Positions 12,664-25,655 of a stretch of 64,000 nt of DNA are shown in pieces (within the stretch, counting starts at the first letter, position 1; each line of letters starts with the position of its first letter). The position numbers and the translations under genes are program-made. The stretch is from Phoronis australis (lineage: Eukaryota; Animalia; Phoronida): the NCBI GenBank assembly GCA_002633005.1, contig NMRA01000131.1, forward strand, positions 359,798 through 423,797, in the 5' to 3' direction. The notes beneath the pieces were generated by a model. The model saw only the letters and a program-made list of their open reading frames with translations. It was not told the origin of the DNA and made no database searches.

Positions 12664-14801
12664 CTGACAAGAAAATTAAATTAGCCTAATTGTGACACTT
12701 GTGTAAACATCATGCCGAACATTAACTATTAGAACAACCTGTCTGTAAATTTGAAGCCCGGGGACTCTGAATTTAGCATAAACTGAAAGACTCCGTGTAA
12801 AAACAAAAAAACGCACTAATGAATCATTGCTGTCTTTTCTCCATGACCAACAAGGTACTTGAGAGAAATCTTCATTTTATGGTCGAGTCACCTTAAAGCG
12901 AAATGCAAGCATTGGGTTCTTGATAAGTCTGCAATTATACACGACAGTTGTTTGATCAAAGAGTGAAAGTCAGGAGGTGAAAACGACGTAACCTAATTAA
13001 AACTGAACCATTTTTAGCTAATATATAAGCCTGTCGCTAGCCAGTGGCAATTTGACGAGATGGAAACCAATAAAGTTGCGAAACTTTTGTTCGGCTTCAT
13101 GTTCTGAAGGTTTGGTAAAGATCGATTTTTTCAGTTGTTCCGTGGAAATTGCCTCTACCAACCATCAATCGAATGATTGCTGACGTAACCAATATGCCGA
13201 ATCACACTGTGCGCACCAGTATATGTTAATCAAAAATCACTGAGCACACGTGTAGTCGTTTATACCACACTGCGTTTGAATTCCAATTGCACGTTTATTT
13301 TCATTTATACCATGTGAATTTGCACTTTTTAGGTGATATTGTCAACCACTATTGCCAAGAATTTATGACATGCATTAATGTAGGCATAGCACTGTTAATC
13401 CTGAATATTCCCTGGAGTAAATGAATGTGCGCAGTAATAGATGACCTGAGCTAAAGCGATGTTTATGCTTCTTTGACAATTGATGATTGTCTATATGGGT
13501 AAATTGTTTCCTGCAGACTTCGCTATAAGGGTATGCAGCCATAAAGAGGAATGCGTATGCAATATGGATAGACTGACACAAAGAAAGGGAAATTAGCACA
13601 AATTCAACTTTTCTCGGAACACTTACGAAAAACAGCATCTAAACAGAAGCACATTTTAAGAAAATACGTATCGAGTCAGAACTATGTTGTGAGTAAATAT
13701 CAGTGAGCAAAACGGGGCGTTATAGTTCAAAGAAGACGAAGAGGTATTACGACTGTGACAACGAAAACTCATTTTGTCTTCGTTTACACGGATTTTCAAA
13801 ATTATCTTCTCATATGATTACTCTGAGCTCTATCTTGACGAATTACAATGAGTTTATCATTGCCAGTAGCTGTGCGACCTGATGACAGTTTGGCTAGGGT
13901 ATTGCCGCTGTTTCTTTGACCTTTTTCTCTGTCCTTTGACCTAATTCTTCTCTGTCCTTTGGCCTCTTCTCAACATGTAAAACTGACTGGTTCCCAGTCT
14001 GAACGCTAGATGACGTGACCCAGATTACGTGGACACTGAGGAAGCTCTTGTGCGTGTTCTAATGGGGAACTCGAATGCCGCAACTAGTGAAGCATGTGAC
14101 CTACCCTTAAAAGGATACCAAACCCGGTTTTGGCTTATGAACAGATACTAAAAACGACTTTCTCATCCAGTCCTCTGAAACAAAATAATGCTCTGTAACC
14201 CTCGACAACCCAGTTTGGAGGAAAACTAATTTCTAAATCTGCTAAACGGGCAAGTGAGACCTACGCTATTAGGGAATTACACGGCAACCCACCAAGAGCC
14301 AAGATAATGTCCAAGTGTGATATAGTGAGTACGAGCTGCAGAATGACGAGATTGGTTGAAATCCTCCAAACAGGGTTTAATAGCCTATCCTTTCAAAATA
14401 TCTGCATCTCGGTAAATACCGTGGGTTACTTGTCACATGCTGATGACCTACTTTCTGTTCTCAATCCATGCAGATGTCAAAAAGAAAGGTATTTAATTGT
14501 TACTACACCAGCTAGGGCTCAATGTCAGCCAAGTTTCACATTGCGGGCATCATTCAGGAAAACTTTAACGACACAATGTACGAGTGCATAATGGGTTCTG
14601 AATCGCGATAACGCAGGTTGTATTTTATTTCTAAATCCTGTCGGTTGCATTGTTCTTAAAGCGTTATGGAAAGGAGGCGTGCCGCCATGTCGTTTCGCCA
14701 ATGTAATCCAGCACATCACTAGGCCTATGCTATCGAGGATTTTTTCTGAAATTTTTATAACTGCGTTTCTAACATGAATTAACTGGAATGTGATAAAACA
14801 C

Positions 14802-15661
14802 GACTGTTTAATAACACCGAGTACGTATTTTTTATGTTACATGGGGGAATCCCAAAGTAGTGCAAAGTAGAAATCCGTACGCCTTACATTTTGTGGTCTG
14901 CAAAGTACTGGAATTCCGTGAAGGTGACAAGGTTATGGTTGACAAATCTGGCACGCTTCAATATGACATCCAAAGCAGCAGTACTCCCAGTCGGGAGGGC
15001 AACTTCTTAAACGGGTCCATCTTTGGCGGCGAATTTCATATCGTCGTTAATTCAAACGGAGACGAACCCCAACTCAAGAGACCACGCACTGAGACAAGCT
15101 GTGCTGTTTCAATGTCAATTCAGTGCTCACGCCCGGGGAAGCACTCCTGACTGTTATTTAAAAGCATTTGTTACGTTTAAATGTTACATTTTCAAAGACT
15201 ATTTATTATATTCTAACTAGAACGCTTTTTACGAAAGCTGGATGCAATTTACAATTCTTACTTTTAAAATGACATTATTAACAAAAATTAACTGGGTTTA
15301 CTTTACATTGCGCAAGCGTGTTTTTACAAAAGTTGCGTCATGTGGTTGAAAGTTTCAGACACGTCGAGTTTTTCTGGAAAAAGATCGTTTTTACGGTTCG
15401 TGTCATAAACCTAAGACTTATATGGGATTCTATATTTCTCACGTGAACTGGTATACGTTACGATCTGACTGGTTAATAACACCGAGTACGTATTGTTTTA
15501 TAATATATGGGTGAGTAACAAAGTAGTGCAAAGTAGAAATCCATATGCCTTACATTTTATCGTCCGCAAAACACTAATATCAACAACCAAACAATGCAAC
15601 GAAGGTGACAAGGTTATGATTGACATATCCGGCACGCTTCAATATGACATCCAAACAGCAG
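14802..15661 (+). repeat. Local direct duplication of about 180 bp (14802-14981 and 15466-15661) flanking an interspersed repeat
   Basis: Both copies share AATAACACCGAGTACGTA...AAAGTAGTGCAAAGTAGAAATCC...GAAGGTGACAAGGTTAT...GGCACGCTTCAATATGACATCCAAA. Confidence 0.85.
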
Positions 15662-16154
15662 CATCATGTACGGCAAGCCTCGGGATTTTGACGAAATGTC
15701 CACGAGGTTTTGCGTATGTCATGAACCCGAGACTCGTGTAGGACTCGTTCTTTATTTCTATCTGTTGCGATTCCCAAAAAACAGTGTCAAAAGTAATAAT
15801 CACTTTTCTCTGCAAAATCTGCTCCGAAAGGTTTCTCATCATGATAGGACTTTATTGCAGTTTCCATGAAGGATATGCGCTCTATTTTTAAGTTAGAAAG
15901 ACTTCTGAAAATCATGGGTGTGGACAAATCTTTCAAATTTTCACTGTTTCAATGTAATCGCAGATTGATATCTGAATTTAGAAAACAGTGCTATCATGAC
16001 AAGAAACTTCAGGTCCAGCTTTATCGGTAACAAATTGAACAGCATGTTTTTATTTCAAGCTTAAAACTGCATTCCCCGTCTCAGTATAACCTGCCAAAAG
16101 ATCTCCATGATAGCAAGTAACAGCATATGTTCACGAAAACAACAACGGTTTTAA

Positions 16155-16202
16155 AACTTGACATGTTTCGGTGTCATTTATTAAACACCATCTTCAGAAG
16201 TC
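16155..16202 (-). ncRNA. Second, inverted copy of the hammerhead ribozyme (sense to gene A pre-mRNA)
   Basis: Exact reverse complement of 16991-17038. Confidence 0.83.
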
Positions 16203-16990
16203 ATAATACAGTGGCCACCTAGCTAGGCCCAGCAACAAGTTGTAAGTTCTTTGATATTAGAATCAAACCTAGCCCAAGTGTTGTTAATGCGATATACCCT
16301 GCATATCGCATTAACAACACTTGGGCTAAAGAACTTACAACGAATTTGCAAAAGAATGGCTATCCCCTAGAATTAGTCAATAAGGTACTGAATTAAAGCA
16401 AGACTCCAACGTAAACTTGATGATGTTCATCCTGTAGACAAAACTAACTACAAGTACTTTAAAATACCCTATGTTGGGTTTTACGCCAAAATTGCTCAAC
16501 GAAAACTCAACAAGTTGGTGAATGATTACTTAAGAGTTGTATTAACATTCAAGTCTCTAAAACTGTCGAGTTTATTTAACCCTAAGGACAAAATTTCTAT
16601 GGGTCTACGGTCCAAGGTAGTATACAAATTTATCTGTGTTGGATGTGGCTCCAGTTATATAGGCGAAACTGTTCGCCGTTTGAAAACCAGGACCAAGGAA
16701 CATCTAAATTCTGACAGTAATTCACATATCAATATTCACCTGCAGAGCTCCAATCATTGTTATCAGCAGTGCTCTTTCAATGACTTTGCAATAATAGACC
16801 AGGCAGTAACAACAAAGGAGCTTAAAATTCGTGAGGCTTTACATATCAGTTGGTGTAAGCCCAATCTCAATAGGCAACTGACACACCACAGGTTGTCATT
16901 GTTGGTCTAGTTCATTGTCACTCCCTGTAACTGACTCTATCTGTGCTTCATTACTTGTTGCTGGGCCTAGCTAGGTGGCCACTGTATTAT

Positions 16991-17038
16991 GACTTCTGAA
17001 GATGGTGTTTAATAAATGACACCGAAACATGTCAAGTT
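16991..17038 (+). ncRNA. Minimal type I hammerhead ribozyme in the Penelope pLTR
   Basis: actt-CTGAAGA-t-ggtgt(loop)acacc-GAAAC-at-GTC-aagt: core boxes present, stem II ggtgt/acacc, stem I actt/aagt, short palindromic stem III ACATGT. Confidence 0.85.
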
Positions 17039-20000
17039 TTAAAACCGTTGTTGTTTTCGTGAACATAACCTGCCAAAAATGAAAAAATGAATTTAAGCCA
17101 GTTTAGCTCATAGAATCTGTCTCAAAGCATAACATGGTTTGATTTCTGCCACCATCAATAACAGATTAATGAGAATATTTCAATCGTTTTGGTGTTGAAC
17201 AAGTGAACCCTAAAATTGCGAATTCAATCGCAAATTCCAAAATTGCGCATTTACTCATTGCCCGTGACTTGAGTTATCGGCTCGTTGGGCAACAATTCAA
17301 AATCGTATGAGTGTGGTAATGTTTCAAGACTCAAAGCGCTTTGGTTTATGTTTCACCATTGACAATAAAACACCGGCGAAATGCGTGGTTTTAAACAGTA
17401 AATGAAAACTATGGGCACTTATAATTGTTTTAATGTCGTTGTCTTCCACGATTTCGAGAATTGACGCTCTCACGAGGTGAATAAGCTACACTGATGACGA
17501 ACTCTTTCTTCAATACCTTGTACTTATTGCTACTGACGTAAGCGCTAACTAAACGTTGAAAACAATATTTTGGATTGGCTGCAAAACACATGGTCTCTTA
17601 TTAGCAATTAGTGTCAAAATAAAGACGGTGTAAAAAACAGTAGTGCAGATATAAAAATAAAATGAGCGAACACGCTACAGGTTTTCGGGTACAGATCGTC
17701 TCGAGAGGACTCGGTAAACCCACAACTTTCAATTAATATTATACCGTTTTCAGCATTAGTATTAAAGGGTCCTCCCGAAACTGTTGATATTTTCCTAAGC
17801 CGGGCGCAAAACGTAAAGCGGAGGAGGGGTTAACGGTTGTTGCATGGTTTTATTTATTTATTTTGAAAATTTTGGTGCATATCAGCTATGGGATGGACTT
17901 ATATATGTCTTCGTATACAGGAGAGAAAAGTCGGCATTTTGAAAGTACTGTTTATTGGAAAGAGGGTCTGGCAAAAAAGAATTCTTGAACTCTTCATCCA
18001 AATTTTGCTCAATCCTGGTTTTTCTTAAACTTTTGGCGCCACTACACAGCGAGACTGTAGCCGCGAACAAATGACCGTAGACACGGCACTCGCCTAGAAA
18101 ACAAATTTGCGGGGTAGGCCAGGTTTGGCGACAGTTTTGAGTTGCGCATTGTAAGTGGGTTCAGTGAATTTGGTTTGCTTGTGCTCGTGAGAAGTTCACT
18201 AGTTCGGTTGTAGATTTCATTTACTTCAATGTGGTGGCCTCGTATAGCAGTGACTGAGGAATATTTTGCAGTTTCAACTAGCCCTAAACAACTCAGAGTT
18301 GCAAAATACCTGATTGGATGGCAAATACTTTGGACCACGTTTGCGGAATCTGTAGTAGTGAATTTGCATTCGGAATATAGTATTAGCAGGTGTCGAGGAT
18401 TGCCGGAGGGGAATTGTGAGGCCGGGATGGTTGCCACATTTTTCTGAGACTAGCTTCCTTTTCATTGGCAATAAAGAGACAAAGATTACTAAGCGGAAGT
18501 TGCAATTTAGCAGGAAATTCAAACACTTCACATTACTCGGCTGGTGAGCATTCAACTTTTACCGGATTCTATAACTGGAGGGTTTTGTCAGACTGAATAC
18601 ACTGTCTCTTAGATCATACTAATTTCATGCGAATGGTGGCTCTGGGGTGAAAATTCTTGATTTGGCATATTTTGTATTGTTTTTAAGTAACCGGTTGCTC
18701 TTGCAGTTGTAAAATACGGAAAATCACTTTGGAATCAGTTTTATTAGATTTTGTAGATGGTTTTTGAAGTTTTTCAACCAGTATAACCACGGTTCATTTT
18801 GTTCAGGTTTTGTGCACCGAGAGGTGAAGCTGTCTCATTACACCTGTTTTTTCAAGCTCAAAACTAGAAAAAATGAGTGCCACTTATGAGGAGGGTTAGC
18901 CTCGAAACTGATAAGTTGGTTTGAAGGTGATGTTGATGTGTATATTTTGCACCAATTTTGTATAATAGAAAGAAGCACTTGGAATGACTCATCTAACTGT
19001 GTATGGATTTTTGGCTTTTGGTCAGAACGAGAAATTACATTGGAAGTGATCTTGATCATTGTATTTGGTACCGTCATTTCTTATTTCAATCAACCAAAGT
19101 GAAAACGAGTGATTAGGCGAGATCTTGTGAAAAGTCTGTCGCATCCGAGGTACAACGTAATCTGTACAAGGTGTTCGATTTAGTCATTAAAAATCCATGC
19201 AATTAAACTTTGTTCCTTGAAGCGTTGTGATTAGTAATTCATCAAAATATTTTATTTGTTGCTGAACTTCCAGATGTTAGAAAAGTGAACAATTGGTCAA
19301 TTGTGCACACGCACCACGTTGTCATAGTAATGCACATTTCTAGCAAGAGACGTCTCCTTTACTTCATAAGCCAACGCGCGTTTTATCTTACTGATATCTG
19401 GCCAGAGTTGCATCCATTTGTGTCACCACATGGGGTGTTTTCAGTTGAAAAAGCGTCATATCATCTCATATTCTACCACATTATCGTACTATCTTATCGC
19501 ATAATATCAGGCATTAAAAGCAATTTATGCTTTTGACGACTGGGTTTCATTTCTTCTGCTTCTCCGCTTACTCGTAAATGTATCCGATAACCGAGATTTT
19601 CGAGTTTTCCTAGCCACACGTTGTTTAGAAGTTCTTGGTGAGGGGTTCGAACCGTGTTCATCACCTGGAGGCCTGTTCTTGAAGAGTCTAGAGCCAGAAG
19701 TTGATTTTTTTGTCTTATGACTTTGACAGGCTACGGGATTCTTTTTTTACTTCAAGACAGCTTTTCTACCTTTTAGTCTTAGCCTGATTGCGTGAACAGG
19801 CTTAGCTATCCGTAGACTGACTTTCGACAAACATCAAAAGACAATGGACTCTACGAAAAACTGCCATCTGGTGTCCCTCTCATCTGGAACAGACGATCAC
19901 ATCAAGCTTCGCTACGTGCCTAGCCAGCACGTGCTGGCTACTGACCACCTAGCGGCACTCAGGGAACCAGCGAGCACATCACGCGTTCCGGGAAATATTA

Positions 20001-21446
20001 GCTTTTTATCATAAGTACTATAATTACAATCATTCTGTAATTATTGTTCAATTCACAATTAAACTGCGATCAACCTGCGTTCCATCGAAGACTCAAATTT
20101 TTCAGATCACTTGCCGCTATAACATTGATCTCAGCATGTTTCTTACTCAGACAAGTATTGATTTTTGCTCTTGTAAAGAATTGACAGTTACTCATTGCTC
20201 GATACCATGCGCAGCAAATAAAATGACACGGCGTGATAAGTCAACTTGCGGAGCCAGATCCCAATAATAAACCTCCAGTTCTTTTCAAGTCCAGGAGTAG
20301 CACTTATTTTTACTAATAAATAATCTAAGATCAAATTCATAAGAGCAAATGGCCTAACTAGAAAGGTCTTTTTGTGACTGAAACCGTGTTTATAATAGGT
20401 TTAAATATTACATTAAATTGGCATTTGCAAGCGCTCCAGTAGTAATTTAAAACTAGGCCTATTCATACGAACTCATACTCCGTCGGTGCAAGTTCCGCCT
20501 CGGCATAGGAGTCTATGTGCACCAGCATAACCCCTCATTCGCGATTTCATATCCGCGGAATATCGAGATTGCCGGCGCCATTTAGCATATCTTTTTCATT
20601 TCTTTAGCTTGCGGCTACTCTGCTAAGAGTGCGCTTTTACTGCTAAAAGGCGTGCTTCAAGGGATCAACCAGTGCCGCCATCTAGCGTTCGATCTTTGAA
20701 CAAGAAGCTGTCAGTCTTCAGCAACAATGAGTTTTCAGTTCTTCCATAGCTCCCTCCTTATCTGAGTAAGCGCTATAAATTAATATGAATTGTATGGGAA
20801 ACATGCTCAGGAATAGGATAGCGCTAGAAAGCTTCGATTTCATTTACGTTATTTTTTTGAAAACCCTTGTAAAGATACAATTATTGTGTCTTCCCCTTAA
20901 TTTCACACCATCATCATCTGTAGGAGATTTAAGTTTTAATTAACAGAGGTTACTCACTCAGTCTCGCAACAACAATGACGTGTTACTAGTAGTAGGAGTT
21001 AAACAACTGCAACAATCCCTCCCTCACATCACTCATATGTCAGCACATTGTTATTAATATTTCAATAGGACGTGTTATAGTTTATCTACTAAATGCCTGT
21101 ATATCACAGAAATAATCTAGCGAATTCCTGACAGTGACATTCTAGTTACCTACACTAAAGTACGAGACGAGTTTTATCCCTTACGGGTATTGTTGAGTCA
21201 TAGATTGATCTAATAATTTATCGATCGGCCATTTACATGTCCCTATTTGTTTATTCACAGTGTGATAAAATCCATCCGCGCTGTTACACAAACCTCACCC
21301 CTACTATTGCGTTGACATGAATGAACATTTATTGCGCGGAAATACTTAAGTGGGTTTGCGTTAGAAATGACGTATTCCATGAATCAAACATTACCAAGTG
21401 TCGTGACTGCAAAAACTCAGGCCAATAATTCAAAATGTTTTCTAAC

Positions 21447-21596
21447 CGTTTCTTGTTCGTCTGATTTGTTTTTTTCATCGTGTAAGGCTCGCCGTATCCG
21501 TTCCAGTGACTCTACTGTGAACGGAGTAAATACCGGCATATCCCCCTCATTGTCGCCTTCATAGTACGCCTCATCAATATGCTCCTCGTCGGCCAT
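21447..21596 (-). CDS. Gene A first coding exon (MADEEHIDEAYYEGDNEGDMPVFTPFTVESLERIRRALHDEKNKSDEQET)
   Basis: ATG at 21596 in a good context (acgATGG); conserved Nav N-terminal FxPFTxESL motif; donor ACG|GTTAGA, phase 0. An acceptor ttttccag| precedes 21622, so a non-coding exon lies further upstream. Confidence 0.88.
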
Positions 21597-24500
21597 CGTT
21601 GGGTGGGTGTCAAGTCATCCGGCTGGAAAAGACCAGATGAAAAGACATTATGAAACTTAACATAAATCTCAAAACTAAGTTCCGCAGCGTAACTGTAACT
21701 GCGTTAAACTAAATGAAACGGTCTGTGTTTACTAATCTTCTTGAACATGTCACTATTCCTAATCAGTCATCAATAAGGCAGTGTAACATCACTATTCATG
21801 TAAACTGACTTTTTATTTGAGGTCATAATGTGTTATACAAACATTACCGGCAAAAGCTATTTACGAGGTTTTAAGCATACCATGTTTTCCGACTACTATA
21901 GAATTGTAACGATATTTTATGAAAAGATCATAACTAAGTTAGTCATACGTTTTTTGGTCCTAATTTCCAAGCAATTGAAGAAATGATCATAATTCATACT
22001 TGTATGTGTTCACTGAGTAGGACATTTTTGGCAATTTGATCAAACATTTCCTAGAGAAAATAGTTAAGAACGAAAGTCACAAAATGGATGCTTCAAAGTG
22101 ATGCAATATTTTAGAAAGATGGCTTTGGTTTGACATTCTAAAATATGTATATCGTCATTTAAACATTAAAAACACGAAAAACCCGCACAAATTTGTTTCA
22201 GATATTCTCTTGGCATGACAGCAATAGCACAGTGCCGGATAGAGGTCTCCTTCGTCCTGAAGGTAGGAAAACGCGTCGTTATATTGGCCTAGTTTTAGCA
22301 ATGTCGGGCCGATTCCACGAATCACTTTGGAAAATATTGCATCCAAGGATACTTTTTGCTGTCGAAGTTGCAGCCCACAGCACAGCAGTAAAACCTCGTT
22401 GGCGTTGAAAGGTCGAATACAGTTAACGCACTTGAGAAAAACTTGAAAAGCAAGACACCATCAAATAACATGCGAATCCCCATGCCGCAAAAACGAGGCT
22501 AGAGAACTGCTTGACAGATGTTGCACCATTTTGGGTAGATACGGCATGATTCAAGTGTTGCTGTGTAATCCGGGACCGTCCTACTAGTTTGTACCTTCAC
22601 AGGATCTTGAATGGTTACTTGCCGTTCTCGATGACTAGGAGTTGCCCAGTTTTGGACGCGTTGGTCAACTCCATCCAAACTGACAACTTTTAGTTGCTTG
22701 TTGATGCCTTGCATGATATGTTCAGCGACGTTAATCATTTAATTATGTCGTGCAATGGTTCGAGACATCGTTTGTGACTAATCTTTGAGCAGCCTTTGTC
22801 CATTATTTGTCTTTTACGTAGTGAATAAGAAGGAAAGACCTCGTTAAAGTCGCTATCAACTATGTTCTAGTGTTAAGAACGTCGACTTTCTTCACGTGGA
22901 TTACACTGATATAGACATTTACTAAACTTTTCAAACTCACGCTCAACATTTTATACCAACAAGTCCTCTTAACCTTTCAAGTGTAAGTCATGTCTGAAAT
23001 ACGGTGACGCTTTATTACGTAAATCAGCCATTTGGTGACTCGTTCTTGATTACCTTTTTCTTAAAAGAATTTTATGTCATCAATGGATGAAAGCTCATAA
23101 GATATTCACCAAATCATCAGAAGTACCCGACTAAACATATCTACATTTGTAGACTATGTACATTTGCTCAAATTCCTGGAAAGATAAGGTAGTCACTTAC
23201 TTCTGAACAGTTTATGATCACGAAGTCTTCAACCGCAGTAATAGGAAAGAAATGGTCATGATACAATGAAAACGCGTGTACTGATTTTTATTCACATCTT
23301 GAAATCGTAAATTAAGGCTGTACTGTTTGTTGTCCATGGCACGCTGGCAGGAATTAAACCAGGTGTCTTGTGCGAACATTTAACAAAGCAAATAAGACAT
23401 GATGGTGGGCCAACTGCCAATCAGATGTTTTCTAAAAGTAGACCTAGGATGGTGAATTCAGTCTTTTGTGCAGAAATGAAGTAAAATCGTAAAATGGCAC
23501 CACCATTTATACCATACGAATTTAGGCGAATATTTTAATTCATTATCAATAATTTGAGAATATGTCGCGGAATATCATTAATCAACAGTAATATGACAAA
23601 ACGCGAATCATTTTCTGTGTAGAGATATACTTTGATGATACCAGGAACTCTGCTCATAGCTGTAATAACAATATCTGTGTTTACTCGAGCAACAGCTTTG
23701 CGGAAAAATACGCAATTTCATTCCGCAAAATTTCTGCAGTCAGCGAGCGTTCATATGACTCTGGTCACATTCCGCAATTTCTGTTACCTTAGTATTTACT
23801 AAACTATTACTCTAGTGTATCTTGAAACAACGAAAAACGGAAGTCAATTTTATGTTGTGGGTTTCATATTGCTTTATTTGTAATTTTTCTATGAGAGAAG
23901 GCAGCGTTTAATGTTCGGTCTTGAGATGGAACGTTTGGCTCAACTCGGTTGTCTGAGATCTCAGCGTCGTCAGCGATTAGCAGTGATGTTAATGTGCTCG
24001 TGAGTCGCAGGTTTGCAAGCGTGTCTCCTTATCAGACCACATCTTTTACAAAAGTAAAAAAATGAGGAAGCATTTACATATATGGCGGGAATGCCTGTGG
24101 CATGCGCAGTGCTGTGTCTTGTCCGTTTTCCGTTTTATGGCGAATAATAAATTACCAGGCTTATCTAAACAACTGTCACAGCGTCTGAAGCACTTTCCGC
24201 AATAAATTCTGCAAAACTTGGTGAAACGTGGAGTGCAGTAATTTTGCGTTCGCTCGATAACTTTTTCCGCATTTCCTACTCCACAAAATATTGCACAAAA
24301 TTTTCTGCAAAAGACTCGGAGATTCGCATGAACGGCTCTAATAATTACAAGACGATGAAAACGGGCCGATGTTTTAAGCTCTTTTCTATGCGTAATACAA
24401 TGCTCTTATTATGATGATGATTTCACAAACTTTCAGTCAGATGAGCCTCTTTGCTTTCTGAACTGCCCTGAAGTATGCAAAGCTGGTTACATATTTCTAT

Positions 24501-25323
24501 CATTCAGTGAAAATGTCTTGTACATTTTTGCTTGGCTTAATCTGATTTGGCGATGGGCTCAGATCTGCTTCCTAAACGCCACAAGCGAGTGCTTTATTGC
24601 ACCAACCTCGTTCTTCGGTCGTTATTTAAACTGCGAAAGCAACAGACGTTATCCAGGTATAGATAATGAATTGTAACAGAATACATCAACCGCTTGTAAT
24701 ACGCCGAGTTTCCATAAAATAAACTTATACGCAGAATAACACACATATGGAGAAGACATTTAAAATAGAAACAATTATAAAAATTGATAGCCATGATTTG
24801 TACCTACCCTTATCTGACCCGACGTAGCCTTTGTGTATTCTTTACACTGGCTGATCTAATAGCTTGGAGTGTTTACATACTCACGCTGATGGTGAGGGAC
24901 CCAAGGAATCAAACCATTTTTGCGTCAACTCTGCGGTAATATATGTTTTATTTTTAATCTAATTGAAAGCACCATTTGTATATAACTATGTGGTATTATC
25001 GCATTCGCATTATTGCATTACGGTGATTCATTTGTCTCCAATGAGGGTTTTGATGCACTAAATGGAGGGAAATATAATAATAGTGCCACTATGGGTTTGA
25101 CAATGCATGCCAACACGAAAACACAATTTAAGCAACAAGCTTAATTGCTTGTAGTAGTCCACTTTTAGAAAGCCCAGTACACTCAATTTTCTGAAGTAGA
25201 AAACTGACCTTTACGGGGGTGTGGCAGTGTAGTAGCAAATGACAGTTTGAATTAAGTAAGTTTGTTATAAAATTCCTATTTTTATTCAAATAATTTATAT
25301 AAAAACGGCGTAAAATGTGTATC

Positions 25324-25655
25324 GCAAACATTTCTAAGTTTGGTCAGCACGCCACCTATGGCCAAATCACGTGACCTAATGAATATAAGTCTGTGAAAAG
25401 GGACTCGAACCTGGGACCTTCAGCTAACCGTGCAGACGCTTTAGTCCACTGAGCCGTCGGAACCACCAGTCGAATGTACATCTCGCCCTTGAACTCCTGA
25501 GTGTACATATGCAAATCTTAAACCACCGTCTGCATGGTTTGCAGAAAATCTCAGGTTCTAGTTACGGTTGGGACAGCAATCTTTTTAGGCTGATATTCAT
25601 TAGGTCACGTGAAGTGGCCACAGGTGGTGTGCTAACCAAACTTAGAAATGCTTGC
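25324..25655. mobile_element. Second, more decayed palindromic tRNA-twin element
   Basis: Inverted arms share TCACGTGACCTAATGAATAT with the 55-kb copy; tRNA-like head on the minus strand at about 25400-25470; right head partly deleted. Confidence 0.8.

Larger units (their letters stand above)
16100..17064 (+). mobile_element. 5'-truncated Penelope-like retroelement (GIY-YIG endonuclease end) with an inverted copy of its 3' end
   Basis: ORF 16515..16910 has VVYKFICxxC..YIGET.R.L.TR..EH and E.LHI...PNLN; the upstream RT-thumb motif NGYP is at about 16355. Perfect 115-bp inverted repeat 16126-16240/16953-17067. Flanking direct repeat ATAACCTGCCAAAA at 16086-16099 and 17065-17078. Confidence 0.9.
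2021..21622 (-). other. Gene A span: 5' part of a Nav1/para-type voltage-gated sodium channel alpha subunit (N-terminus to DI S5; continues left of the window)
   Basis: Seven coding exons join in phase into one ORF with Nav hallmarks [40 protein letters not shown] and GLKTIVGAL. The S4-S5/S5 sequence looks like Nav1 rather than Nav2, but the pore filter is outside the window. Confidence 0.93.

Noticed and set aside
13860-13990. Purine-rich minus-strand stretch as an extra gene A exon
   Set aside because: Stops in all frames examined, and exons 1 and 2 already join in phase.
17880-19080. Cluster of short minus-strand ORFs that may be a decayed coding sequence
   Set aside because: No recognisable motif.
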